NCBI GenBank assembly: GCA_963643445.1
Contig: CAVIJO010000002.1
Span: 44,201-108,200 of the forward strand
DNA: 64,000 nucleotides
Direction: 5' to 3'
Source of the DNA: Candidatus Methanomethylophilaceae archaeon
Lineage (GTDB): Archaea; Thermoplasmatota; Thermoplasmata; Methanomassiliicoccales; Methanomethylophilaceae
Both the position numbers and the translations under genes were made by a program. The notes beneath the pieces are model-generated. The model was not told where the DNA came from, searched no databases, and saw only the letters and a program-made list of their open reading frames with translations. Of this stretch, positions 38,731-49,114 are shown piece after piece (the first letter of the stretch is position 1; each line of letters opens with the position of its first letter).

Positions 38731-39333
38731 TTATTTATAAAGCCTTTTAAGGGATCCGAGATTGAACGGTTTTCCGTGGCCGGGAATGACCACATCGGCG
38801 TATCTCGCGATCCTCCTCATGGATTCTGCGGCCTTCTCCGGATCCGTGTTGAGGGCGGGGACGGCCTTCTTGGCCAGGTTGTCCTGCAGCGGGACTGCGT
38901 CCCCCGCGAACGCATAGTTCCTGTCGGCGTCGACGAACACGGAACCGGAATCATCGCTGTGCCCGGGAGTGCGGACGAAACGCACGCCTCTGGCGATCTC
39001 CTTCTCGGTCTCCAGAACCGAGACCCCGTCCATAAATTCCCCGCCGGAGAACTTGTAGACCTCCGCATTGCGGAACATTCCGACGTTGCCGACGTGGTCG
39101 GGATGGGAATGGGTGAGCAGTACGATGTCCACATCATCCGGGAATATCTTCCCGATCTGCCTGAAGGACGTCTTTATCCCGGCCCTCATGTACTCCTGGG
39201 ACGTGTCGATGACGATGTTGTGCCCGTCATCCGTCCTTACGAGTGCCGAGGTGGACCATGTCTCGGAGGGGATGACCGCACCGGAGACGTCCCTCCCGAG
39301 GTGTCCGATGACCAGGATGTCTATGGATGTCAT
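38731..39333 (-). CDS. MBL-fold metallo-hydrolase
   Basis: LTHSHPDHVG, TPGH, AGDA, IPGHG. Confidence 0.9.
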   Translation of the reverse strand: MTSIDILVIGHLGRDVSGAVIPSETWSTSALVRTDDGHNIVIDTSQEYMRAGIKTSFRQIGKIFPDDVDIVLLTHSHPDHVGNVGMFRNAEVYKFSGGEFMDGVSVLETEKEIARGVRFVRTPGHSDDSGSVFVDADRNYAFAGDAVPLQDNLAKKAVPALNTDPEKAAESMRRIARYADVVIPGHGKPFNLGSLKRLYK

Positions 39334-39378
39334 GGAATCAGGAATAAAATACCCCGATGAATATGTTGTCCCGGTACA

Positions 39379-39954
39379 ATGGAATACAGAGACGGTCTCG
39401 ATATAGCGGAGGATCCGGAGGTATATCCTCCGTCCGAGGACAGCATACTCCTTGCCGAATCTCTGGACATCAGGAAGGGGGAGAAGGTTCTGGAGATCGG
39501 GCCCGGCTCCGGGATCGTTTCCATACAGTGCGCACTGAACGGGGCGGAGGTCGTCTGCGGAGACATCAACCCGAAGGCGGTGGCTCTTACAAAGAGGAAT
39601 GCGGAAGCGAACGGTGTATCCCTGAAGGCTGTGGAGAGCGACGTATACTCCGCCGTCGAAGGGAGGTTCGATACGATTGTGTTCAACCTCCCGTACCTCC
39701 CCGTGGAGGACGAGGGCGAACTGGCGAAAGCATGGTCCGGCGGGAAGGACGGCCTCGGGCCTCTGCCGAAACTTCTCGAAGGCGCGCCGGAGCATCTCCT
39801 CCCGGGCGGGAGGGCGGTCGTAGTGGTGTCGTCCCTCATGGACGGAGAACGTCTGAAAGAAGTCATCGGAGAACGCCCGGTGAAAGTCCTCGGAGAACTT
39901 CCCCTGTTCTTCGAGAAACTGCAGGTCCTGGAGATCCGTTTCTCCGACCTCTGA
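39379..39954 (+). CDS. HemK2/PrmC-type N5-glutamine methyltransferase
   Basis: VYPPSEDSILL, LEIGPGSG, DINP, FNLPYLP, WSGGKDG. Confidence 0.92.
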   Translation: MEYRDGLDIAEDPEVYPPSEDSILLAESLDIRKGEKVLEIGPGSGIVSIQCALNGAEVVCGDINPKAVALTKRNAEANGVSLKAVESDVYSAVEGRFDTIVFNLPYLPVEDEGELAKAWSGGKDGLGPLPKLLEGAPEHLLPGGRAVVVVSSLMDGERLKEVIGERPVKVLGELPLFFEKLQVLEIRFSDL

Positions 39955-40015
39955 TTTTTCCATCTGGCACATATGCGGTTCCAACTTGGATACAGGCGCT
40001 GCGCCGTCTAAAATG

Positions 40016-40093
40016 TGTGAAAAATGCAGACAAATCTACAAAATTGATGTAAAAAATGCGTGAAAAACTGCATTTTTATCTGTAAAAAATGCA
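40016..40093 (+). repeat. Three 13-bp direct repeats TGT(A/G)AAAAATGC(A/G) upstream of the AAA gene
   Basis: Copies at 40016, 40048 and 40081. Confidence 0.65.
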
Positions 40094-40126
40094 ACTCTTT
40101 AAATACAGTCAAATCGTCCGAACCAT

Positions 40127-41482
40127 ATGCGCCGCCTCGTAATGAACGAACTGATAGCGTGGAAGAGCAGCAGGGACCGCATGCCCCTCATTCTGGACGG
40201 CGTACGCCAATGCGGCAAGACGTACATCCTGACGGAATTCGGGAAAGAGCAGTACGAGAACACTGTCTATCTCAACTTCGAGAAGACGCCCAGCATCTGC
40301 GGCATCTTCAAAGGCGACTTCGATGCCCGCAACATCATTTCCAAGATCGAGCTGGCAACGGATTCCCGTGCGGAACCGGAAAAAACGCTGATAATCCTGG
40401 ATGAGATACAGATCTGTCCCAGGGCCCTCGCTTCTCTCAAATACCTGTGTGAGGACGCGCCCGAATACCACATCGCCTGTGCGGGCTCCCTTCTGGGACT
40501 GCTGATCCACGGAAACGGGGAGGACTGCCACGTCCCGTTCCCCGTCGGAAAGGTGAACCGGATAAGTATGTATCCCATGACATTTCCGGAATTTCTGCTG
40601 GCCAAAGGAATGGACAGGACCTACACATATCTCCGCGATCTGAGACCTGGGGAGGAGATACTGGAGACCGTGAAGGAAAAGGCGGAGGAGGCCCTGCGCG
40701 AATACCTGGTCGTGGGAGGCATGCCGAAGGCGGTGAAGGCGTGGACGGAAAACCGCAGCCTCGACGAGGTGAACGCCATCCTCAGAAATCTGCTACTCGA
40801 CTACGCCGACGATTTCGGAAAATACGCCATCAAAGACCTCCGCAATCTGACCCTTCTGTGGAATTCCGTCCCGGAGCAGCTGGCCCGCGACAACAGAAAG
40901 TTCTTCTTCGGCCATGCCAAGAAAGGTGCCAGAGGAAAAAATCTGGAGAATTCCCTCCAATGGCTCACGGATTCCCATCTGGTTTACAAGGCGCATCTGA
41001 CGGAAAACCCGCGGATACCCCTATCCGCCTGCGCCGACCCGACGTACTTCAAAATCTACATGGCGGACCTCGGACTTCTCCGCATCAAATCCGGATACCC
41101 CGCGAGATTCGTGGCGGACAGCGACCCGTCGCTTTCGGTTTACAAAGGTGCGGCGGCGGAAAATTACGTCTGCTGCGAACTGGCCGCCCTCGGAAAGGGC
41201 CTGTATTTCTGGAGAGACGGGAGATATGAAGTGGATTTCCTGTACGAATACGACGGGAACATCATCCCGCTGGAGGTCAAATCCGAGAATGACAGGCGGT
41301 CTGCGAGCCTGAACGCATACTGCGGAAAATACGGCCCCGAGATGTCGGCCGTGGTCGCGATGCTTCCTCCCGGAGCCGGAAAAAGAACCGTCATACCGCT
41401 GTTCCTCGTCTGGAACATCGAAAATTTCGTAAAGGCAGAACTGGAAAAGGACTCTCGGAAAGGGGCCTCGGCGGATTCCTGA
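40127..41482 (+). CDS. AAA_14 ATPase with DUF4143 / PD-(D/E)XK C-terminal domain
   Basis: GVRQCGKT Walker A, ILDEIQ Walker B, GGMP, KIYMADLG, EVDF...PLEVKS. Confidence 0.92.
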   Translation: MRRLVMNELIAWKSSRDRMPLILDGVRQCGKTYILTEFGKEQYENTVYLNFEKTPSICGIFKGDFDARNIISKIELATDSRAEPEKTLIILDEIQICPRALASLKYLCEDAPEYHIACAGSLLGLLIHGNGEDCHVPFPVGKVNRISMYPMTFPEFLLAKGMDRTYTYLRDLRPGEEILETVKEKAEEALREYLVVGGMPKAVKAWTENRSLDEVNAILRNLLLDYADDFGKYAIKDLRNLTLLWNSVPEQLARDNRKFFFGHAKKGARGKNLENSLQWLTDSHLVYKAHLTENPRIPLSACADPTYFKIYMADLGLLRIKSGYPARFVADSDPSLSVYKGAAAENYVCCELAALGKGLYFWRDGRYEVDFLYEYDGNIIPLEVKSENDRRSASLNAYCGKYGPEMSAVVAMLPPGAGKRTVIPLFLVWNIENFVKAELEKDSRKGASADS

Positions 41483-41569
41483 AATCCGCATCTGGCACAT
41501 TGTTTTTCAAACAGGAATCCGCAGAAATAAACAATGATGCGGGCCCGTCCCTGCGGACGGGCGGGTGCA

Positions 41570-43441
41570 TCATCCGAGAAGTTTTCCGATGGCCTCGGTG
41601 AGCAGATCGGACGCCTGTTTCCCGTCGATCTTACCTCTGAGAGCGCCCATGACGGGACCCATCAGGGGGCCGACCGCGGCCATGCCCTTGGACTTCACGA
41701 AGTCGGCGCGCTCGGCTACGATCTTGGCGATGATCGCGGCCGCCTCGCCGGCATCCACAGCCGAAAGACCCAGCTTCCCGATTGCGGCCTCCATGGAGGC
41801 CCCGGACGCCATCTCCTTCAGAAGTGCGGGGATGGCCTCCTTGGCGAACTTCCCCTCCTTCAGTCCTGCGAACACGCCGTAGAGGGCGTCGTAGGTGAAC
41901 ATGTCTGTATCGATGCCGTCATGCTCCAGCTCCTGGAAGGTGTTCTGGAACGTGGTGGCCGCCACTGCGGACAGTCCGAACTCATCGGAGATGTGGCAGA
42001 ACAGGTCGTCCCTGCCCTGCCTGACGATCTGGTCGGCCTGCTGGGCGTTCAGCCCGTAGTCCTTCATCAGCCTCGCCTTGATCTGCTCGGGGAACTCGGG
42101 CAGGTTCGCCCTGATCCTCTCGAGCCTCGCAGCGGGTATGGGCGTGGGCGGGACATCGGTCTCGGGATACATCCTCGCCGCACCCGGCAGGGGCCTCGAG
42201 TACTTGGTGGTCCCGTCGGGCAGAGGATCCCTGGTCTCCTCGGGAACGCCGTCGAGGGCGGTGTTGGCCCTGCCGGCGGCGAGGACGAGTGCGTCCCTGG
42301 CCTTCTTCTCGGATGCGGCGCAGATGACGAACGCATCGTACTCGCCGGTCATACCGAGGAATTCCCTCAGGGAATCGACGTACCTCTGCTCGATACCGTA
42401 GTTGGGAAGTTCGTCCGAATGGAAGATACCTTTGACTCCGACTGTCCTGGCATACTGCGCCATCTCGGAACCGAGACGGAGTGTCTTGCCGTCGCCGTTC
42501 ATGACTCCCGCGAATCCGGGGAGTTTCACGGCGAGGACCTTGCCCTTGGATTTCAGGGCGGAGGAGATAATCTTGGACTCGCAGTCCCTGAAGAGGTCGG
42601 TGACATCGACCGTCTCCGCGGGAACGGGTTTCACGCCCCTCTCCTTCAGAATGTCCCTGACCCTGACGAGCATCTTCTGCCTTTTCACTTCATTGGAGAC
42701 GAAGTCGGGGAGCATCCTGAGCTCCTGGACGCCCTTGATCTCGATGCGGGCGCCCTCGGGGATGGAGATGTTCAGGTCCTCCCTGATGGTTCCGAGTCCC
42801 CTCTTGACCCTCTTGGTGGCCCTGAGAAGGGTTCCGATCCTCGAGGCGACTTCCATGACCTCCTCGGGAGTCCTCATATCGGGGGCGGTGGCCACCTCGA
42901 TGAGGGGGATACCCAGACGGTCGGTCCTCCACGTGACCTCCGTCTCGCCGGTCTCGACCTTCCTGCAGGCGTCCTCCTCGAGACAGACGGAGAGGATCCC
43001 GATCTTCCTCCCGATGGCCTCGACGGATCCGTCGACGGCCACGAGCGAGGTCCTCTGGAAACCGGAGGTGTTGGAGCCGTCCACGACGATTTTCCTCATG
43101 AACTGGACCTCGTCGATGACGCTTGCACCCAGGAGTTCGCTGAAGATCAGCGCAGTCTCCATGGCGTCGGGGTTCACCTCGTGGGGAGGCTCCTCGTCGA
43201 GTTCCACGAGACAGGTCTCGCAGGCGCAGCTCTGGTACCTGTACCCGTACCCTCTCCTGAACTGTGCCAGGGCGGCGCGGTCGACCTCCCCCATCTCGGA
43301 GGTGGTGGGCCTGAGCCTCCTGTAGATGCCGCCGGTGCCGTCCTCGGACAGTTCGCTGCGGCAGTTGCAGAACAGCTTGTGGGTGTCGAGCTGCTGGTGG
43401 ATCTCGATGCCGCACATCATCTCATACTTCTCGCCGCTCAA
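41570..43441 (-). CDS. gatE: Glu-tRNA(Gln) amidotransferase subunit E
   Basis: GIEIHQQL, RKIVVDGSNTSGFQRT, RLGIPLIE, RPLPGAARMYPETD; TTG start overlapping the gatD stop, with AGGAGG SD. Confidence 0.96.
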   Translation of the reverse strand: MSGEKYEMMCGIEIHQQLDTHKLFCNCRSELSEDGTGGIYRRLRPTTSEMGEVDRAALAQFRRGYGYRYQSCACETCLVELDEEPPHEVNPDAMETALIFSELLGASVIDEVQFMRKIVVDGSNTSGFQRTSLVAVDGSVEAIGRKIGILSVCLEEDACRKVETGETEVTWRTDRLGIPLIEVATAPDMRTPEEVMEVASRIGTLLRATKRVKRGLGTIREDLNISIPEGARIEIKGVQELRMLPDFVSNEVKRQKMLVRVRDILKERGVKPVPAETVDVTDLFRDCESKIISSALKSKGKVLAVKLPGFAGVMNGDGKTLRLGSEMAQYARTVGVKGIFHSDELPNYGIEQRYVDSLREFLGMTGEYDAFVICAASEKKARDALVLAAGRANTALDGVPEETRDPLPDGTTKYSRPLPGAARMYPETDVPPTPIPAARLERIRANLPEFPEQIKARLMKDYGLNAQQADQIVRQGRDDLFCHISDEFGLSAVAATTFQNTFQELEHDGIDTDMFTYDALYGVFAGLKEGKFAKEAIPALLKEMASGASMEAAIGKLGLSAVDAGEAAAIIAKIVAERADFVKSKGMAAVGPLMGPVMGALRGKIDGKQASDLLTEAIGKLLG

Positions 43442-44730
43442 AGCAGTTCCCTCCTGTCGCCCATCTCGCCTGCAAGAGGCGTCTGCATCACGGCCTTGGC
43501 CGCCTCGGCGGACTTGGTGTTGGCGAGGGCCCACATCAGTTTGACGTAGGCCGTCTCGGGAAGCATGTCCCAGACGGTCACGGCACCGGCCGCGAGCATG
43601 TCCCTGCCGGTGTTGTAGACGTTGAGGTTCGTCCTGCCGTTGAGGCACTGGGACGTCACCACTACGACGATCCCCGCATCGGACGCCTCCTTTATGAGGG
43701 GGACCATGTTGCTGTTCACGTGTCCGAGGCCGGAACCTGCGATCACCACGCCCCTGCTCTTCATCACGACGTCGCGGAAGAGGGCGGGATCCATACCGGG
43801 GTAGAACTGCAGGAGGACCACATCGGTGCACATGGAGTTCATGAGCTCCGTCTTCTCCGCGGACACCTCCCTCCCGGGGGTGTTGAATGTTATCCTGCCG
43901 GCGGCATCCACATGCGCCACCGGAGGCACGTTGATGCTCCTGAAAGCGTCTCTGCGGGACGTGTGCATCTTCCTGACCCTGGTGCCGCAGTGCACTGCGA
44001 AAGAATCGTCGCCGGGAGTGTCGTGCATTACCACGAAGACCCCTGCGCGGTTCCCGTCGGTGCAGAACCTGGCGGCCGCCATGAGATTGGAGCTGGCATC
44101 GGAGGACGGCCTGTCCGAGGATCTTTGGGCCCCTACGAACACGACGGGTTTCGGGACGTCCCCGAGCATGAACGACACCGCGGCGGCGGTGTATCCCATG
44201 GTGTCCGTGCCGTGGGGGACGATGACCGCGTCCGCCCCGGCATTCAGCTCCTCTGCGATGGCCTCGGCCAGTTTCTGCCAGTGGGGCACCGTCATGTTCT
44301 CGGAGAAGATGGAGAACAGGACTTTCGCCTTCAGATTGGCGATCTCCCTGATCTCCGGGACGGCGTTGATCATGTCGGAGGTGGACAGGGCGGGGTGCAC
44401 CGCGCCGGTCCTGTAATCGACATAGGATGCGATGGTACCGCCGGTACCGATCAGGACGATGGTCTTCATACCGGGGACCGCATCCTCCGCGGCCTCGGTC
44501 TTCACCCTCTCGGCGGGCCTCGACACGACCTCGACCCTGGCATCCGCATCCATGCGGATACCGATGTTGTATCCGCTCTTCACCTTCAGGATGACGACGT
44601 CGCTGCCGCTGAACTCGTGATGCGGCATGAGGACGCCCTTGTAAGTTTTACCGGAAGTCTCGACAGTAAGCATACAGCCCTCCTCGGCCCCTGCTTCCGC
44701 GAGCTTACCCGACAGGAATTCGGCATACAT
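43438..44730 (-). CDS. gatD: Glu-tRNA(Gln) amidotransferase subunit D
   Basis: SGYNIG, GTGGTIAS, HGTDTM, QRSSDRPSSD, RKMHTSRRDAF. Confidence 0.97.
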   Translation of the reverse strand: MYAEFLSGKLAEAGAEEGCMLTVETSGKTYKGVLMPHHEFSGSDVVILKVKSGYNIGIRMDADARVEVVSRPAERVKTEAAEDAVPGMKTIVLIGTGGTIASYVDYRTGAVHPALSTSDMINAVPEIREIANLKAKVLFSIFSENMTVPHWQKLAEAIAEELNAGADAVIVPHGTDTMGYTAAAVSFMLGDVPKPVVFVGAQRSSDRPSSDASSNLMAAARFCTDGNRAGVFVVMHDTPGDDSFAVHCGTRVRKMHTSRRDAFRSINVPPVAHVDAAGRITFNTPGREVSAEKTELMNSMCTDVVLLQFYPGMDPALFRDVVMKSRGVVIAGSGLGHVNSNMVPLIKEASDAGIVVVVTSQCLNGRTNLNVYNTGRDMLAAGAVTVWDMLPETAYVKLMWALANTKSAEAAKAVMQTPLAGEMGDRRELL

Positions 44731-44818
44731 GATACTGCGGCGTATTCCCTTGTCCCTTTTATACGTACGCGCACGCGCACACTCAACCTTTAATTCGGAG
44801 GAGGGGCATCATACCCGT

Positions 44819-45469
44819 ATGCACATAGTTCAGGCCGGAATGGAGACCGACGTCCTCAGGGCGAACAACAAGATCGCCCACGAGATCTACCACATGTTCA
44901 AGGAACACGGCATAAGGTCCGTCGACTTCATGGGATCCATCGGGTCCGGGAAGACCACCCTCATCTGCGAGATGGGGAAGCGTCTCAAGGAACGCGGGAA
45001 AAGAGTCGTCGTAATCGCCGGGGATGTCACCGGGGACGATGATTTCAAACGCTTCAGGGCGGCCGGGCTGGACGCGATCAACTGCAACACGAACAAGGAA
45101 TGCCACCTGGAGGCCAGGCAGATAAAGAAGGTCCTGGAGGGTACCGACCTCTCGCAGTACGACACCGTCATAATCGAGAACGTCGGGAACCTCGTATGCC
45201 CCGCCGACTTCCCCCTGGGGACCGACTACAGGGCCGTCGTCATATCCACCACGGAAGGGGACGACATGGTCAGGAAACACCACGCTGTCTTCCTCCATTC
45301 GGATGTGGCGGTCCTGAACAAGATAGACATCTGCGATGCAGTGGGAGTGGATCCGGCGGTCATTCTGAACGATTATTCCAAACTCACCGGCGGAGCGAAG
45401 AAGATGTACACGGCCAGCGCCAAGAAGGGGGACGGCGTCGACGCCGTCATTGATGCACTGGACCTCTGA
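44819..45469 (+). CDS. hypB: Hydrogenase nickel-insertion GTPase HypB
   Basis: GSGKTT, ECHL, ENVGNLVCPADF, EGDD, NKID. Confidence 0.96.
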   Translation: MHIVQAGMETDVLRANNKIAHEIYHMFKEHGIRSVDFMGSIGSGKTTLICEMGKRLKERGKRVVVIAGDVTGDDDFKRFRAAGLDAINCNTNKECHLEARQIKKVLEGTDLSQYDTVIIENVGNLVCPADFPLGTDYRAVVISTTEGDDMVRKHHAVFLHSDVAVLNKIDICDAVGVDPAVILNDYSKLTGGAKKMYTASAKKGDGVDAVIDALDL

Positions 45470-45533
45470 GTCCGGACGCATGGGATAAAATCATTTAATA
45501 ACCCGCTAGCCATAGGTGATTGAAGTGAGCAAT

Positions 45534-46856
45534 ATGAAGATCCTGACAATCGGCGGAGGAGCAAGGGAACACGCCGCCGTGTGTGCCCTCTCCCGCGGAG
45601 GGGCGGAGATTTACGCCGTCATGAAAAACGCAAACCCGGGGATCGAGGAACTCGCCAAGGAGGTCCTGATCTGCGACGAGTCCGATATCGACAGGATCTG
45701 CGATTTCGCTCTCAACAACTTCATCGAATTCGCATTCGTCGGGCCGGAAGCCCCCCTTGCGGCCGGCGTCGTGGACGCTCTCGCCAATATGGGCGTGAAA
45801 TGCGCATCCCCGACCAAGGCCGCCGCCAGGATTGAGACATCGAAGACCTTCATGAGGAATCTCGTCCAGAAATACAACATCGAGGGCAACATCGCCTTCG
45901 CCAGTTTCGACAACGAGACCGATGCGGTCGAATACGTCAGGAACGTGAAGTACCAGGTCGCCGTGAAACCCGTCGGACTCACGGGCGGAAAAGGTGTCAA
46001 GGTCCAGGGAGACCAGCTCGAGAGCATCGAAGATACGGTCGCATACATCGACGAGATCTTCCAGAACAACGTCGGCGGAGGAAAGGTCATCATCGAGGAG
46101 AAGGCCGTGGGAGAGGAATTCACCCAGATGGTATTCACCGACGGGAAGGACGTCATCCCCATGCCGCTCGTACAGGACCACAAGCGCGCTTACGAGGGGG
46201 ACATGGGACCCAACACCGGCGGAATGGGTTCCTACAGCGATGCGGACGGTCTCCTGCCCTTCGTGAACGGAGAGGACAGGCAGAAGGCTCTCGACATCAT
46301 CAGGGCCATCGTGAAGGCCCTCGCCGACGAAGGATGCCCCTACAAGGGCACGATGTACGGCCAGTTCATGCTCACCAAGGACGGACCCAAGATTATCGAG
46401 ATCAACGCCAGATTCGGCGACCCCGAAGCCATGAACGTCCTCACCGCCCTGAGGTCCGACTTCACGGAGATCATCAGATGGATGGCGACCGGGAAGATGA
46501 GGGGCGAAGTGGAATTCGCACCCGTGGCCACAGTCTGCAAATACCTGGTCCCCAAGGGATACGGCGTACAGTCCGAACCCGGGCACACTATTGCGGTCGA
46601 CACGGATGCTGTGGACACCGCCGGAGCGGTGGCCTACTTCGGAAGCGTCGAGAAGAGGGACGGAAAACTCGTCACCGGGACATCCCGTTCCGTCGGAGTC
46701 GTCGGTATCGGCAGCACCCTCGAGGAAGCGAACGAGAACTGCGAGCAGGCGCTGAAATACGTAAGATGCGACGCATCCTACGTCCGCCACGATATCGGGA
46801 CCGCAGATCTCATCTCCAAGAGAGTAGAGCACATGAGGCAGATCCGCGAACAATGA
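45534..46856 (+). CDS. purD: Phosphoribosylamine--glycine ligase
   Basis: GGGAREHA, VGPEAPL, GGKGV, QDHKR, GPNTGGMG, EINARFGDPE. Confidence 0.97.
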   Translation: MKILTIGGGAREHAAVCALSRGGAEIYAVMKNANPGIEELAKEVLICDESDIDRICDFALNNFIEFAFVGPEAPLAAGVVDALANMGVKCASPTKAAARIETSKTFMRNLVQKYNIEGNIAFASFDNETDAVEYVRNVKYQVAVKPVGLTGGKGVKVQGDQLESIEDTVAYIDEIFQNNVGGGKVIIEEKAVGEEFTQMVFTDGKDVIPMPLVQDHKRAYEGDMGPNTGGMGSYSDADGLLPFVNGEDRQKALDIIRAIVKALADEGCPYKGTMYGQFMLTKDGPKIIEINARFGDPEAMNVLTALRSDFTEIIRWMATGKMRGEVEFAPVATVCKYLVPKGYGVQSEPGHTIAVDTDAVDTAGAVAYFGSVEKRDGKLVTGTSRSVGVVGIGSTLEEANENCEQALKYVRCDASYVRHDIGTADLISKRVEHMRQIREQ

Positions 46857-47662
46857 GACGCGTAGCTGTCAAAATCGCCTATCTGGGTGACGGATTCAGC
46901 GGTTCCCAGATACAGCCCCCGGAAACAGGTCTCCGCACTGTCGCGGGAGAGATATTGGACAAACTCCTCCTCGTAGACCATGTGCCGGAGGACAGGATAG
47001 ACCTGCGTTTCTCCAGCCGCACCGATTCGGGCGTCAGCGCCCTCGGGAACGTGATTGCGTTCTATACCGAATTCAAGGATCTGGGTCTTCTTCTCCAGGC
47101 TCTCAACTCCGTATCGTACGGAGTCTATTACACCGCCGCTGCGGAAATATCCGACACATTCAATCCGAGGATGGCCGACAAACGCTACTACAGATACGTC
47201 ACCCCGTCCAAAAACATAGATCTGGGTCGTTTCACGGAGGCGGCGAAGCTGTTCGAAGGGCATCATGATTTCAAGAGATTCGCCAAGAATGAGACAGGAA
47301 GGTCCACCATCATGGCCATCGATTACGTGAAGGTGCATGAGGAGAACGGGGTCATCTCGACCGACTTCTGTGCCAATTACTTCCTCTGGAACATGATCCG
47401 CAGGATAATGGCCGCCGTCATACAGGTGGGGAACGGCATGTCCGACCTGGACGACGTCAAGGAGGCACTGGCCGGAAAGGACACCACGTTCGGACTCGCC
47501 AAACCGTACGGCCTCACCCTGATGGACGTCACATTCCCGGATCTGGAATTCAGAAGACCTGACACGTGCCCGTACACCAAACGCATCGAACACGACCTGT
47601 ACACCGATGCCGTGACAGCGAATTTCCACAGGGCCCTGAAATACCCGGAGCGACCGATATGA
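46853..47662 (+). CDS. truA: tRNA pseudouridine(38-40) synthase
   Basis: KIAYLG..F.GSQ.QP, SRTDSGVSA, GHHDF..F, FLWNMIRR. Confidence 0.94.
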   Translation: MRRVAVKIAYLGDGFSGSQIQPPETGLRTVAGEILDKLLLVDHVPEDRIDLRFSSRTDSGVSALGNVIAFYTEFKDLGLLLQALNSVSYGVYYTAAAEISDTFNPRMADKRYYRYVTPSKNIDLGRFTEAAKLFEGHHDFKRFAKNETGRSTIMAIDYVKVHEENGVISTDFCANYFLWNMIRRIMAAVIQVGNGMSDLDDVKEALAGKDTTFGLAKPYGLTLMDVTFPDLEFRRPDTCPYTKRIEHDLYTDAVTANFHRALKYPERPI

Positions 47663-48249
47663 GTTTCAAAGAAGACATAGAAGGAGCTGCTGCCGCCCTG
47701 GCGGATCTCGAAAAGACCCAGGAAGAGGTATTCGTACAGTCTAGGAAAATCATCAGGAAAACGAAGACCGCCATCCACCTCATACATGAAGGAAAACGGG
47801 ACCCCGAACTCCTCGATTCGATATCCGGAGATTTGGCGGTCATGGCGGAAAGCGCCGCCGGCCATCCGCAGCTGATGTACGGACAGGCCGCCGAAGATGC
47901 AATGGCGGAGTTCGCGGAAACCGTCATCTACGACTATGCATCCCGCGGAGAGGAGATACCTTCTTACAGCATCCTCGATGTCACTCCGAGTGCCTGGGTC
48001 ATGGGTCTCGCCGATGCCGTGGGAGAACTAAGAAGGGATCTTCTGAACGACCTGATGAAAGACGACATCGACGGCGCCGGAAGGATCTTCTCCTCCATGG
48101 AAACACTCTCGGACGCCCTCATGACATTCGATGTGAAGGATTCCGTAATCCCGATAAGAAGGAAACAGGACATAGCCAGGGGAATTATGGACCGTTCCCG
48201 CACAGACCTTTCCACCGCACGGATCATGTCCCGTTACGGGAACAGATGA
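47659..48249 (+). CDS. Translin/TRAX-like (C3PO) protein
   Basis: SRKIIRKTKTAI..IH, EFAE, GLADAVGELRR, RRKQD.AR. Confidence 0.88.
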   Translation: MSFKEDIEGAAAALADLEKTQEEVFVQSRKIIRKTKTAIHLIHEGKRDPELLDSISGDLAVMAESAAGHPQLMYGQAAEDAMAEFAETVIYDYASRGEEIPSYSILDVTPSAWVMGLADAVGELRRDLLNDLMKDDIDGAGRIFSSMETLSDALMTFDVKDSVIPIRRKQDIARGIMDRSRTDLSTARIMSRYGNR

Positions 48250-48322
48250 AAAACCCGAAGGTGCGGATTGCACAGACTGGGTATTTTATAAAATGAAGGG
48301 GCCCGGGGGCCCCTGAAAAGTT

Positions 48323-49114
48323 TTAACGCCTCGCTTTCGGCTTGCCGTAGTTCTTCACGGGCTTCCTTACGACATAGATCAGCGCAATGATGACGATCAC
48401 GAAGATAATCGCCATTATGTAGTTCAGCCAGTCGTAGTTGCCGTCCTCGTAGTAGAACGAGGAGTCACTCAGAACGATACTGCCGTCGGGAGTCGCCACA
48501 TGGAACGAGTGCTTGCCCTGGGACAGGTCGGAGTTGTAGTACTCGTAGGTTATGGTGGTGGAATCTCCTGGAGAGACCTTCAGAGCGGTGGAACTGTCCT
48601 CCGCCTTCACTCCGTCCACGTAGAAGTAGACGTTCGTGTCGATGTCGACCTCCCCGTTGTTGGAGATGGTGGCAGAGAGTGTGATCGGGGTCACGACCCT
48701 GATGTCGACGGAGTCGGTGAACTCCTTCTCATTCCCGTCGTCGACAGTCTCCTCCCAGGTCACGGTGAGGGTGTACCTGCCGGTGTCATCCGGTGCGGTC
48801 ACGGTGAGGGTGACGATCGCACCGTCGTCGATGTCCCCGGAAGAGGGGGTGACGGCGTCGCTCTCGGTGCTCCCGGAGGAGTCGGTCAGCTTGGCGGTGT
48901 AGGAGACGGAGAGGGTGCTGTAGGCGGCGGTCTCCTTGAAGGTGATGTCGAACTTCAGCTCTCCTCCGGGTTTGGCGGAGGTCTCGTCTCCCTTTATCGA
49001 ATAGTTGGCGGTCTGTTCCTCGTCTGAATCCGCGGCGGAACCGTCCCCGCTGAGGAGGACGGCTCCGGCCGAGAAGACGACCAGTGCGGCCGCCAGGATT
49101 GTCCATACTTTCAT
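48323..49114 (-). CDS. Secreted two-Ig-domain (CARDB-like) protein with C-terminal membrane anchor
   Basis: Signal peptide MKVWTILAAAL, beta-rich acidic body (ITLSATISNNG), TM plus basic tail; ATG overlaps the upstream stop. Confidence 0.8.
   Translation of the reverse strand: MKVWTILAAALVVFSAGAVLLSGDGSAADSDEEQTANYSIKGDETSAKPGGELKFDITFKETAAYSTLSVSYTAKLTDSSGSTESDAVTPSSGDIDDGAIVTLTVTAPDDTGRYTLTVTWEETVDDGNEKEFTDSVDIRVVTPITLSATISNNGEVDIDTNVYFYVDGVKAEDSSTALKVSPGDSTTITYEYYNSDLSQGKHSFHVATPDGSIVLSDSSFYYEDGNYDWLNYIMAIIFVIVIIALIYVVRKPVKNYGKPKARR

Noticed and set aside
39961..41500. 12-bp flanks as a transposon target-site duplication
   Set aside because: The same 12-mer also occurs at 14324 and 23417; no transposase or terminal inverted repeats
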